The position numbers were made by a program, and so were the translations under genes. The notes beneath the pieces were generated by a model. That model searched no databases, was not told the origin of the DNA, and worked only from the letters and a program-made list of their open reading frames with translations. DNA of 32,000 nt from Pirellulaceae bacterium (GTDB taxonomy: Bacteria; Planctomycetota; Planctomycetia; Pirellulales; Pirellulaceae), in assembly GCA_033762315.1 (NCBI GenBank), contig JANRLS010000270.1, positions 6,166-38,165 on the forward strand, given 5' to 3'. Within the stretch, counting starts at the first letter, position 1, and the number at the start of each line of letters is the position of its first letter. Of the stretch, positions 1 through 8,038 are shown piece after piece.

Positions 1-103
1 CGTCGAACAGCCCAGCCAGCGGGGCCAGGCAGTCGCGCAAATTGTGCTCTTCGTTCCGCGCGATCATGGTGAGCGAGACCGTGGCGCGATGGGGGACAGG
101 CAT
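1..103 (-). CDS. Glycosyltransferase family 2-like protein, N-terminal fragment (continues past window start)
   Basis: Not in the ORF track because it is truncated. Reverse-strand ATG at 103-101. My own translation, MPVPHRATVSLTMIARNEEHNLRDCLAPLAGLFD, has the xxNEExxLxxCL opening seen at the N-terminus of many GT2 enzymes. Only 34 codons are visible, so the family call is tentative. Confidence 0.4.
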   Translation of the reverse strand, partial: MPVPHRATVSLTMIARNEEHNLRDCLAPLAGLFD

Positions 104-453
104 GGAATTCCTAGGGGGCGAAGGGGAGATCCAGATTCGGCGACTGCGACATTCGAACGAGGCGTTAACCCCGTGAAGCAACTCGCGCGCCAGGTGCGGC
201 ACATCGCTAAATCGCCCTGAATTGCCCAGGCATCCCCGCTTCCAACAACGACAATCTGTCCGGCCAACCCGCCCCGGATACGACATTCTGACGTACTCCC
301 TTGGGCAGCCCTCGTGCCGCACCTTGCAAATGCGCGTTTCGTTTGGCGGGGCGAACGCGGTAATCCGCTGGCGGACGCGCCGTGGAACGCAATTTGCCCA
401 TTTGCTGCGACTACTTCTCTTCTCCTCCCGGCAATTCCCGAAAGCCCCGCCCG

Positions 454-1134
454 ATGCTTCGTGCCGATGGTCAGCAGGTTCTGGTCCTCTCGCCTCATCC
501 CGACGACGAAACCTTCGGCTGCGGGGGAACTTTGCGGCTGCTGGCGAGCGCGGGAGCCGAGATCGACGTGCTCTACATGACTCGGGGAGAGCTGGGAGTC
601 GATGCGCCGGAAAGTTCGACCCCCGCCAGCCGCGAGCGACTGGCTACCCTGCGCAGCACCGAAGCGCATGCCGCCTGCCAGCTCCTCGGCGCTCGGGAGG
701 TAAATTTTCTCGCCGGTCGCGATGGCCAATTGTGCGAGCAGCCGGAACTGGCGACCGACATCGCCGCGCAGCTTGGTCGGCATGGCTATTCGCGCGTCTT
801 TTGCCCCTGGAGCGAAGAATCGCACCCCGACCACCGTGCCACCTGCCACTTGCTGAAGTGGGCGCTGGGGGGGTTTTCGGGAACGCTCGATGTCTGGCTG
901 TACGAAGTTTGGACTCCGCTCCGGCCAGCGGTGTATGTCCCCATCGACGCCACGATCGAGGCCAAGCTGGCCGCGGCTCAGTGCCACCAAAGCCAGCTCG
1001 CCTGTCTCGACTATGTCAGCGGCTTTCGCGGTCTCGCCGCTTATCGGGCGCTCGCCTGCGCGGGGGCGAAATTCGCCGAGGCTTTCCAAACGTGCGACGC
1101 GCGGCGGTTCGTGGCGGGGAATGGCCATGCCTGA
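454..1134 (+). CDS. PIG-L/LmbE family N-acetylglucosaminyl deacetylase
   Basis: ORF track 382..1134. The VLVLSPHPDDETFGCGGTL opening and the later HPDH motif (EESHPDHRATCHLL) are PIG-L family hallmarks. ATG 454 (MLRADGQQVLVL) gives the usual short N-terminus; 382 is an alternative start. Confidence 0.85.
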   Translation: MLRADGQQVLVLSPHPDDETFGCGGTLRLLASAGAEIDVLYMTRGELGVDAPESSTPASRERLATLRSTEAHAACQLLGAREVNFLAGRDGQLCEQPELATDIAAQLGRHGYSRVFCPWSEESHPDHRATCHLLKWALGGFSGTLDVWLYEVWTPLRPAVYVPIDATIEAKLAAAQCHQSQLACLDYVSGFRGLAAYRALACAGAKFAEAFQTCDARRFVAGNGHA

Positions 1135-1675
1135 CAACTCCCGCCGGCGATTGCACCTCGGCTGCGGACCGATCACTCCGCTGGGCTGGATCAATTGCGA
1201 CATCCAACCCGGCCCCGGCGTCGATCTGGTCGCCGATGTCCGCGCCGGCCTGCCGCTGCCGTCCGATTCGCTCGACTGCATCGTGGGGATTCATGTGCTG
1301 CCCGAAATTCCCTTTTGCGACCAACTGAAAACGCTGTCCGAACTGCGGCGTTTGCTGCGTCCCGGCGGCGTCTTGCGGCTGGGGCTCCCCGATATGGACC
1401 TGGCGATCCAGGCTTATCGAACGGGGGATGTCGATTACTTCCTGATCGGCGATGAAGTAACCCAGTCGCTGGCCGGGAAGATGATCGTGCAACTCACCTG
1501 GTATGGTCGCTCGCGCTGCATGTTCACCTGGGATTTCACCCGCGAGCTGCTCACCCGCGCGGGCTTTGGCAAAGTCACCCGCTGCGCTTATCAGCAATCG
1601 TCCTATGGCGATCCGCTGCTCACCCAACTCGACGATCGCCCCCTCGAAAGCCTCTTCGTCGAAGCGGTGAAGTAA
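1121..1675 (+). CDS. Class I SAM-dependent methyltransferase (Methyltransf_11-like)
   Basis: C-terminal part of ORF 890..1675. From MAMPDNSRRRLHLGCGP onward it has the LHLGCG SAM loop, DCIVGIHVLPEIP and LLRPGGVLRLGLPD. ATG 1121 or 1127 overlaps the PIG-L stop (TGA 1132-1134), which suggests translational coupling. The region upstream of 1121 in this frame overlaps the PIG-L gene out of frame. Confidence 0.85.
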   Translation: MAMPDNSRRRLHLGCGPITPLGWINCDIQPGPGVDLVADVRAGLPLPSDSLDCIVGIHVLPEIPFCDQLKTLSELRRLLRPGGVLRLGLPDMDLAIQAYRTGDVDYFLIGDEVTQSLAGKMIVQLTWYGRSRCMFTWDFTRELLTRAGFGKVTRCAYQQSSYGDPLLTQLDDRPLESLFVEAVK

Positions 1676-1712
1676 CGCCGCGATAAGCAAGGTTCCATCG
1701 CGACAAAAATAG

Positions 1713-1734
1713 CCGGGACCAAACCTGGTCCCGG
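1713..1734 (+). terminator. GC-rich hairpin downstream of the methyltransferase gene (possible terminator)
   Basis: ccgggacca-aacc-tggtcccgg, a 9-bp perfect stem starting 38 nt after the stop at 1675. The T-tract is weak on the + side (tgtcccggttt) and better on the reverse side (ctatttttg), so direction and function are uncertain. Confidence 0.35.
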
Positions 1735-1821
1735 TGTCCCGGTTTCCCGCCGCCGCATCAATCACGCTGGCATTGGGCCGATAAGTCGGCGATGATAAGC
1801 GAAGGGAAGGCGGGGTGACCT

Positions 1822-2892
1822 GTGGCACTTTCTCGCAACGAATTGCTGGCCGACTGGCGGGCCAAACTGGCCGACGCGACCGCAGCGCAGCAAGTGCCGG
1901 GGCGGTTCGGTTGGCTCGCACGTGTTCGAACGCGGCTCTATCGGTTTTTGCTGACGTGCTATGGCGAGGGAAACTGGACCGCCTCCTCTCCACCGGCACC
2001 GACCGATGACGCCCCCCGCACGGCGGTCGCCAGCGAATCGCCGGAAACGGCCCTGCTGCATGGCAAACCCGCGAAAACGGCCGGCAAAATCCAGGCGGTG
2101 CTGAAAGCCGTCTCGCAGGCCAACGACCATCCCCTTCCGTCGGGGCCGCATGTCACGGGACTCGATCCCGAAAGCTGGTTCCTGATCGCGACGTTCCAGG
2201 GCCTCCCCCAATCGCTCCGCCTGACAACCGCGCTGCGCAAAGCGGGCATTCCCTTCGATCTGCGAACCCACGGCCAGCAGCGGCAAGTGCTGGTGCCGGC
2301 CTATCGACGAATGGAAGCGACCGAAATTGTCGCCAGCCTGGCTGGTCCCGTGGACCGCGCGGCAACGGTCATCAAGTCGAAACGTGACTTGGTCCATGAA
2401 ATCCTGCTGGCGCTAGCTTTGGGGATTCCCGCCCTGCTCGTGGTGACCGTACTGATCAGCCAGGCCGAGGACTCGTGGCGGCAGCAGAATTGGCCGGGGG
2501 TCGCGGTTTGCGGGCTGCTGGCCTTGGGGGTTGTCGCTACGTTGGCCTTTACGTTTGCCACGAATTGGCTGCGGCAAATGGCGGCCAGTATTCAGTGGAC
2601 GGGTTCCTGGCTCGGTGCGCGCGTGCGAGGGGGGCTGCATCTGGCGGCCTTGCTCGTCAGCGTGCTCGTGCTGACCGTGCTGGCCGACATCGCGCTCGAA
2701 GAGCGGCTCCGTGAATCGGCGGACGATTGGCTCCTCATCGCCGCCATTTGCCTGATGACCGCCGTCACGCTCGCCATCGCCTCGCGGTGGTTTATCACGC
2801 CCAAACTTGCGATTCGCCGGTGCGAGCCTCCCGCCGATTCGTCGCCGGGCGATTCCGATTCGCCGCCGCAATCGCTAACCTCCATTGAATAA
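1822..2892 (+). CDS. Hypothetical membrane protein (soluble N-terminal part, four C-terminal TM helices)
   Basis: ORF 1822..2892 with a GTG start and consistently high third-position GC. The segment WFLIATFQGLPQSLRLTTALRKAGIPFDLRTHGQQRQVLVPAYRRMEATEIV resembles small DUF2007-type domains (weak). Hydrophobic helices: ILLALALGIPALLVVTVLI, GVAVCGLLALGVVATLAFTFA, LHLAALLVSVLVLTVLADIAL, WLLIAAICLMTAVTLAIA. Confidence 0.65.
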   Translation: MALSRNELLADWRAKLADATAAQQVPGRFGWLARVRTRLYRFLLTCYGEGNWTASSPPAPTDDAPRTAVASESPETALLHGKPAKTAGKIQAVLKAVSQANDHPLPSGPHVTGLDPESWFLIATFQGLPQSLRLTTALRKAGIPFDLRTHGQQRQVLVPAYRRMEATEIVASLAGPVDRAATVIKSKRDLVHEILLALALGIPALLVVTVLISQAEDSWRQQNWPGVAVCGLLALGVVATLAFTFATNWLRQMAASIQWTGSWLGARVRGGLHLAALLVSVLVLTVLADIALEERLRESADDWLLIAAICLMTAVTLAIASRWFITPKLAIRRCEPPADSSPGDSDSPPQSLTSIE

Positions 2893-2988
2893 CCCGCTTT
2901 CGCCCAAACCGGCGTGGCCCTAGATTGATACCGTCGGTTCCTCGCCGGCGCGTGTGCCGGGCGACTTCCCTTTCCCGCGCCGGCTCCC

Positions 2989-3939
2989 TTGATTCGCTAT
3001 CGCCCTTTCCAGAACTGGGATCCGCCAGCCCTGGCCGAGATTTGGCGGACGCAGCCGCCGCTGCGCGGCCGGGTGCAGGCGGTCACGCCGCCGCTCCTCG
3101 AAAAGCACATCTTCGCCAAGCCTTGGTTCGACCGGCACGGGCTGATCGTCGCTTGCGATGGCGCGCGGCCGGTCGGCTTCGCGCATGTCGGCTTTGGGGC
3201 CAATCGCGATTTGGACGACATCGACCGCTCGGCTGGCACGATCTGCCAATTGCAGGTGGCGGCCCACGAGCGGCGCGGCGAAATCGCCCTGGAGCTGCTT
3301 GCCGCCGGAGAGCACCACCTGCGTCAGCACGGGGCCCAGCAGCTATTCGCCGGCGAGCAATTTCCGTTCACGCCGTTCTATGTCGGCTTTTATGGGGCCA
3401 GCCATTTGCCGGGGGTGCTGGCGAGCGACGTGACGGCGACCGAGCTGTTCGCGGCCGGGGGCTATAAGCCGGCGATAAGCCGCCACTTATATCGCCGGCA
3501 ACTGGCCGGGTTTCGGCCGGCGGTCGATCGGCAGTGGATGCAGGTGCGGCGGCGGTTCGTCATCAGCCGGCGAGATGAAGTCGCCCCGGACAATTGGTTT
3601 GAGGCCAATCTGTGGGCCTGGCACGACTGGACCCGCTTCGTGCTCACCCTGCCCGATGGGGGCGAGCCAATTATTTCGGCCACCTTTTGGGACGTGCAGC
3701 CCTTGTCGCTAAGCTGGGGAGTGCAAACGGTGGGGCTCGTCAGCCTTGACGACACTCCGGAAGCCCGCGAGGCGGGGCTGTCGTCGTACCTACTCGGCGA
3801 GGCGCTCAAGCACTACCTGGCCGAGGGTTACGTTGAATTCGAGGCCCAAGCGCCGGCCGGGGATCAGTCGCTATGCGCCTTGTTCCAGCAACTGGGTCTC
3901 GAACCCTACGACACCGCCGCCTTGTGGCAAAAGACGTGA
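2989..3939 (+). CDS. GNAT-family N-acetyltransferase, apparently two tandem GNAT-like halves
   Basis: ORF 2989..3939 (TTG start). The first half has an acetyl-CoA motif-A-like stretch, QLQVAAHERRGEIALELLAAGEHHLRQHG. The second half repeats the pattern (GLVSLDDTPEAREAGLSSYLLGEALKHYLAEGY ... FQQLGLEP). Confidence 0.7.
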   Translation: MIRYRPFQNWDPPALAEIWRTQPPLRGRVQAVTPPLLEKHIFAKPWFDRHGLIVACDGARPVGFAHVGFGANRDLDDIDRSAGTICQLQVAAHERRGEIALELLAAGEHHLRQHGAQQLFAGEQFPFTPFYVGFYGASHLPGVLASDVTATELFAAGGYKPAISRHLYRRQLAGFRPAVDRQWMQVRRRFVISRRDEVAPDNWFEANLWAWHDWTRFVLTLPDGGEPIISATFWDVQPLSLSWGVQTVGLVSLDDTPEAREAGLSSYLLGEALKHYLAEGYVEFEAQAPAGDQSLCALFQQLGLEPYDTAALWQKT

Positions 3940-3945
3940 GCTACC

Positions 3946-6150
3946 GTGCAAACTCCCTCCTGCATTGAGAATCGCTCGCTGGCGGCCGCCCGGCTGGGCC
4001 GCACCGCGCAGATCGGCTTTGGTTTTTTTCGCCGGCACTTGTGGATCGTGCCGCTCCTCATGGCGGCGATGATTGGCGTCGCGGGGTTCTGGATTCGCCT
4101 CTCGGTCGAAGCGGCCGCCAAGCACGAAGTGGCGAACATCCTGCAAACGATCCTCGCCGCCGATGTGAAGGCCCTCGATATCTGGATGGAAAATCACATC
4201 GCCCAGGTGCAGACCATCGCCAACCAGCCCCAACTGCAAAAACTGGCCATCGAGCTGGCCCGCGAAGTGAAAGGGGCGACCGATCCGACGAGCGCGGCAA
4301 TCGCATCCTCCTTGCGGCCCGAGATCGATGCCCTGCTGCGGCCCGACATGGTCGCCCGCCGCTACATCGGCTTCGTGCTGATTGATACGAGCGGCCTGGT
4401 GCTGGCGAGTTCGCATGTCGAATTGGTCGGCACCACGCCGCCGCCGCCGTATGACGAACTGATTCGCCGCGTGCTGGCGGCGGGGGCGACGGTGACGCGG
4501 CCGGTCCCCAGCAAAGTGCTGCTGCGGGACGAAACGGGGGAGCTGAAGGCGGGGGTGCCGACAATGTTCGCCGCCGCGACGCTGCGCGATCAGACCGGCG
4601 AGCCGATTGGCGTTCTGGCGCTCCGAATTCGACCGGAGGTGGAGTTCACCGAGATTTTGCAAGTCGCCGCGACCGGGGCGACCGGCGAAACCTATGCCTT
4701 CGATAAGGAAGGGCGAATCCTTTCCGAAAGCCGCTTTACAAGCGAGTTGATTCGCGCCGGCCTCTTGCCCGACCAGCCGGGAGTGCGCTCGACGCTCAAT
4801 CTGACGTTGAAGGATCCGGGGGTGAACATGGTGCAGGGGGGGCATCGCGCTCCGCCGCGCGGCAGCCAGCCCTTCACGCAGATGGTGGCGAGCGGCATTC
4901 GGGAGGAAGCGGGGATCAATGTCGATGGCTTTCGCGATTATCGCGGCGTTCCCGTCGTCGCCGCGTGGCAGTGGCTGCCGGCCTACAACTTTGGCGTGGG
5001 AACGCAAATCGACGTGGCCGAAGCGTTTCAGCCCCTGTACATCATGCGGCGGGCATTTTGGGGGCTGTTTGGCCTGCTCGCGACGGCGGGAGTGCTGGTG
5101 CTCGCCTTCACGGTGATTACCGCCCGGCTGCAGGCGGCAGCCCACTCGGCGACCTTGGCGGCGAAGGAGCTAGGGCAATATCGCTTGGAGGAAAAGCTGG
5201 GCGAAGGGGGGATGGGGGTTGTTTATCGGGGGCAACACAAGCTGCTGCGGCGGCCCACGGCGATCAAGCTGCTGCATCCCGAAAAGACGACCGATGCCGC
5301 CATCGCCCGCTTCGAGCGCGAAGTGCAGCTCACCTGTCAACTGAATCATCCGAATACGATCGCGATTTTCGATTACGGCCGCACCCCCGACGGCATCTTT
5401 TTCTATGCGATGGAGTATCTCGACGGCCTGAACCTGGAAACGCTCGTCAAGCGGTTTGGCCACCAGCCGGAAGGGCGCGTGATTCACATCCTGCGGCAAC
5501 TCTGCGGCTCGCTGGCCGAGGCGCACGAAATTGGCCTCGTGCATCGCGACATCAAGCCCGCCAACCTGGTGCTCAATCGCCGCGGCGGCATTGGAGATGT
5601 GCTCAAGGTGCTCGATTTTGGCCTCGTCAAAGCCAACGACGCGACCAAAGAGGCGGCCCTGACGGCGGCGAATACGATCATCGGCACGCCGCACTATATG
5701 TCCCCCGAAGCGGTTGAGGCGTCGGACACGGTCGATGCCCGCAGCGACCTTTATGCGGTGGCGGCGGTCGGCTATTTTTTGCTGACCGGCGGGCCGCCGT
5801 TTGAAGGAGGCTCGATCATGGAGATTTGCCTCGCCCAGATCAACACGCCGCCGACTCCCCCATCGAGCCGCGGGGCCATCGTTTCACCCGAATTGGATGC
5901 GATCATCCTCAAGGGGCTCGCCAAAAAGCGGGACAATCGCTTCGCCTCGGCCCGGGAATTCGCCGCCGCCCTGGCGGCCTGTCCCACCGCAGGCAGCTGG
6001 ACCGCCGAGCAGGCCGACGCCTGGTGGAACGAACTGTCCACGACGGCGAATCCCCCCTCGGCAACCGTAACCGCAGAAGTCCACCAGGTGCCCACGGTGA
6101 CGGTCGCCAGCAACGCGGCAACAATCATCCACCCGGCGAATCACTCCTAA
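3946..6150 (+). CDS. Transmembrane Ser/Thr protein kinase with extracytoplasmic Cache-like sensor region
   Basis: ORF 3946..6150, GTG start 6 nt after the GNAT stop. TM1 is LWIVPLLMAAMIGVAGFWI, followed by an extracytoplasmic region of about 320 aa and TM2 FWGLFGLLATAGVLVLAFTVI. Hanks kinase motifs follow: GEGGMGVVY, AIKLL, HRDIKPANLVL, DFGLVK, GTPHYMSPE. Confidence 0.9.
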   Translation: MQTPSCIENRSLAAARLGRTAQIGFGFFRRHLWIVPLLMAAMIGVAGFWIRLSVEAAAKHEVANILQTILAADVKALDIWMENHIAQVQTIANQPQLQKLAIELAREVKGATDPTSAAIASSLRPEIDALLRPDMVARRYIGFVLIDTSGLVLASSHVELVGTTPPPPYDELIRRVLAAGATVTRPVPSKVLLRDETGELKAGVPTMFAAATLRDQTGEPIGVLALRIRPEVEFTEILQVAATGATGETYAFDKEGRILSESRFTSELIRAGLLPDQPGVRSTLNLTLKDPGVNMVQGGHRAPPRGSQPFTQMVASGIREEAGINVDGFRDYRGVPVVAAWQWLPAYNFGVGTQIDVAEAFQPLYIMRRAFWGLFGLLATAGVLVLAFTVITARLQAAAHSATLAAKELGQYRLEEKLGEGGMGVVYRGQHKLLRRPTAIKLLHPEKTTDAAIARFEREVQLTCQLNHPNTIAIFDYGRTPDGIFFYAMEYLDGLNLETLVKRFGHQPEGRVIHILRQLCGSLAEAHEIGLVHRDIKPANLVLNRRGGIGDVLKVLDFGLVKANDATKEAALTAANTIIGTPHYMSPEAVEASDTVDARSDLYAVAAVGYFLLTGGPPFEGGSIMEICLAQINTPPTPPSSRGAIVSPELDAIILKGLAKKRDNRFASAREFAAALAACPTAGSWTAEQADAWWNELSTTANPPSATVTAEVHQVPTVTVASNAATIIHPANHS

Positions 6151-6566
6151 GTCGCTGTCTGTAAAGGACTTGCAGCGCCATCTTTGGTCGCTGAAATAAT
6201 TTGCAGGAATCTCCGCGAACCTTTTGCACGGCATTCCGTCTAAACGTGCGATCCGTCCGAGCAGGGGTCTTTTGTCGGCCAGTCGCCTCGCACGCGATTG
6301 CCGAACCCCCCATCTGGCGGTAAGATTGCAATATCGAGTGGCCAGTTTGCCGATGGAATAATTGGGTCGCACTGTGTCTCTAAGAGACAAGGACTCTAAG
6401 TAGAGGGAGCGCCCTTTGTGGCGTTCCGGTTCGGTCAGCATTCCTTTGCGACCTGCCGGGACGACACTCAGGGGGAACCCTCTCGCCATCGGCAAGTGGT
6501 CCGATTTGTGTTTCGAGCTTCACGGTTCTCTCGCGCTGTGCGCAAGGCCGCACAGGGGAGTTTGTC

Positions 6567-6842
6567 ATGCGTAGCACGCTTAACGCCATCGCCAATCTGA
6601 CGACCACCGTCATTGCGAACGTCCTCGTTCGCACGGTCGTAGCCGGCGCCAGCGTGCTGCGCGGACCCGCCCCGCACGCCTTGCGCCTCTATGCCGCATC
6701 ACCGTCGAAGCCGTGGTCCGAGTTTGGCGGCAAACAAAAGTCGCCTTGCCAAGGGACCATGCCGGGCGGTGAAAGTCACTGCCACCGGGATGAATCCCGG
6801 TGCCGGCGTCCGCGAACAGGGTGCGGGCGAGGAAGAAGCTAA
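6567..6842 (+). CDS. Candidate small ORF (91 aa) in the kinase-sigma spacer; hypothetical, weakly supported
   Basis: ATG 6567 is preceded by GGGGAG (6555-6560) with a 6-nt spacer. About 80 percent of the first ~55 codons end in G/C, as in real genes here, but this bias decays in the last third. The N-terminus MRSTLNAIANLTTTVIANVLVRTVVAGASVL is hydrophobic. No recognisable family; it may be a gene remnant or non-coding. Confidence 0.3.
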   Translation: MRSTLNAIANLTTTVIANVLVRTVVAGASVLRGPAPHALRLYAASPSKPWSEFGGKQKSPCQGTMPGGESHCHRDESRCRRPRTGCGRGRS

Positions 6843-7050
6843 TCGGTCGGCCGTTAGGCCAGCCTTAGCCCACAACTCGCCAGCCCAATAGCGGACGCCA
6901 GCCGAGCGGAATCGCGGTCATCCACCGCGAAAATCCCTCGCCGCTGCCGGTCGCTGTTTTCTCCCCCTTCCCTCGCGAACGCCGTCCTGGCCACTTGTGG
7001 CCCAGGCCCGGTGGTTCGCGTGTTTTGATCGCTCTTCCGGAGATTCCGCC

Positions 7051-7623
7051 ATGAACTTCGCACTCGAAAACACCGACAAGACCGAGCTGATCGACCTCGT
7101 CGTTCGCGCTCAGCGCGGCGACCGTGCCGCGTTCGGCCGCCTGTTCGAGCGGTTCGAGCGGCACGTCATGGCGGTCGCGGTGCGCCGGCTCGGCGATTTT
7201 GCCGAGGCGCAGGAGCTGTGCCAGGACGTGTTCATCCAGGCGATGGCCAAGATCGGCCAGCTCCGCGAGCCGGCGGCGTTTGCCGGCTGGCTGCGCTCGA
7301 TCACCGGACGGATGGCGATCAACCGGATCGTCCGCCGGCCGGCCGATCGGGCCCTGGAGCAGGAGGCGCTCGATGCCGCGTGCGTCGAAACCGACACCCC
7401 GCTCAGCGAGGTGCTGGCCGACGAGCGGCAGGATCACGTCCGGGCGGGTCTGGCTCGGCTGGGCCGGCTCGATCGCGAGACGCTCGAGGCGTTTTACGTC
7501 CGCGGGCAGTCGCTGATCGAAATGGCCGGCGAGTTCGACGCCCCGGTCGGCACCATCAAGCGCCGGCTGCACGTCGCCCGCAAGCGGCTCGCCAAGCACG
7601 TCGAAGAGTTCGCCGCCGTGTGA
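7051..7623 (+). CDS. ECF-type RNA polymerase sigma-70 family factor
   Basis: ORF 6997..7623; ATG 7051 is preceded by GGAG (7039-7042). Region 2: FGRLFERFERHVMAVAVRRLGDFAEAQELCQDVFIQA and FAGWLRSITGRMAINRI. Region 4 HTH: LDRETLEAFYVRGQSLIEMAGEFDAPVGTIKRRLHVARKRLA. About 190 aa with no region 3. Confidence 0.9.
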   Translation: MNFALENTDKTELIDLVVRAQRGDRAAFGRLFERFERHVMAVAVRRLGDFAEAQELCQDVFIQAMAKIGQLREPAAFAGWLRSITGRMAINRIVRRPADRALEQEALDAACVETDTPLSEVLADERQDHVRAGLARLGRLDRETLEAFYVRGQSLIEMAGEFDAPVGTIKRRLHVARKRLAKHVEEFAAV

Positions 7624-7629
7624 TACTGA

Positions 7630-7763
7630 CCCGCAGCGTCAGCCAAGGTCTGTGTTACACAAGCCCGCAGCGCCAGCAAGGGTCCGTGTTCCACTAACCC
7701 GCAGCGTAAGCAAGGGCCGTGTCACACTCTCCCGCCGCGTCAGCCAGGGCCTAACGATCGTCC
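7630..7763. repeat. Tandem array of four ~34-bp REP-like units (family 1) plus a partial fifth
   Basis: Units start at 7630, 7664, 7698 and 7731. They read cccgcagcgtcagccaaggtctgtgttacacaag / cccgcagcgccagcaagggtccgtgttccactaa / cccgcagcgtaagcaagggccgtgtcacactct / cccgccgcgtcagccagggcctaacgatcgt. The shared core is cccgcagcg-N-agc-aaggg followed by a gtgt..acac mini-palindrome. The array begins 7 nt after the sigma gene stop. Confidence 0.85.
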
Positions 7764-7810
7764 CACCAGCAAGGGCGCGGGTTGGCAACCCGCCGCTCCG
7801 CTAGTAACCA

Positions 7811-7854
7811 GGGGAGCGCGAGGATTCCCCATCCTCGCGCTCCCCAATTTTTTT
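7811..7854 (+). terminator. Canonical rho-independent terminator (plus strand)
   Basis: Perfect 15-bp stem ggggagcgcgaggat / atcctcgcgctcccc with loop tcccc, followed by aa and a T7 run (7848-7854). It is oriented to terminate the sigma-factor transcript after the repeat array. Confidence 0.8.
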
Positions 7855-7905
7855 CGCCGTGAACGGACGAATCGCGGGTGATTGGCATCGCCCAACGGAA
7901 GAGAA

Positions 7906-7960
7906 CCCTTGCTGGCGCTGCGGGCTTGTGTTGGCGCGCTTGTGTTGGCGCGCTTGTGTT
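7906..7960. repeat. Inverted copy of the REP family 1 core, followed by a 14-bp tandem duplication
   Basis: 7906-7931 (cccttgctggcgctgcgggcttgtgt) is the perfect reverse complement of 7657-7682 and is identical to 22825-22850. It is followed by ggcgcgcttgtgtt twice (7933-7946 and 7947-7960). Confidence 0.85.
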
Positions 7961-8038
7961 GCGACGAAAGCGCGTAGGGAGTGCTCCTCCCACCAATCTT
8001 GTTTTCGGCGGGCGGATCCCCACCCTACGGTCAACGAT

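Noticed and set aside
64-1328. Long overlapping ORFs 64..1281 (-) and 222..1328 (+) across the PIG-L locus
   Set aside because: The translations are Arg/Pro/Ala-rich and lack motifs. They overlap the well-supported PIG-L and methyltransferase frames.
454-3939. Mycothiol-like pathway idea (PIG-L deacetylase as MshB, tandem GNAT as MshD)
   Set aside because: The window has no GT4 MshA-like glycosyltransferase and no Cys ligase (MshC). The partial glycosyltransferase looks like GT2. The resemblance is at superfamily level only.
3871-5145. 424-aa ORF antisense to the kinase sensor domain
   Set aside because: It is an antisense artefact with low-complexity composition, and the kinase frame is continuous and motif-rich.
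6713-6765. Guanidine-I (ykkC)-like words (ggtccgag ... ggcggcaaacaaaagtcgcc)
   Set aside because: The resemblance is limited to short words. The spacing is far too compressed relative to the two-hairpin ykkC architecture, and the conserved acacggcgggaNaaaagcccgggag segment is not present.
6735-6830. Cobalamin riboswitch-like fragments (aagggac, ggtgaaagtc, cactgccac) in the spacer upstream of the sigma gene, not far from a CbiA-like gene
   Set aside because: I could not find the B12 box (agccaggagacctgcc-like) or the gccactg core in the proper order, and the downstream gene is a sigma factor. The CbiA-like gene is on the other strand and appears non-catalytic. Only a covariance-model scan could rescue this.
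7630-7763. Possible CRISPR array, because of regularly spaced ~34-bp repeats
   Set aside because: The units are directly adjacent with no unique spacers between them. There are only four and a half units, and they are diverged. No cas genes are in the window, and the same core occurs as isolated inverted copies elsewhere. This behaves like a REP/tandem repeat, not CRISPR.
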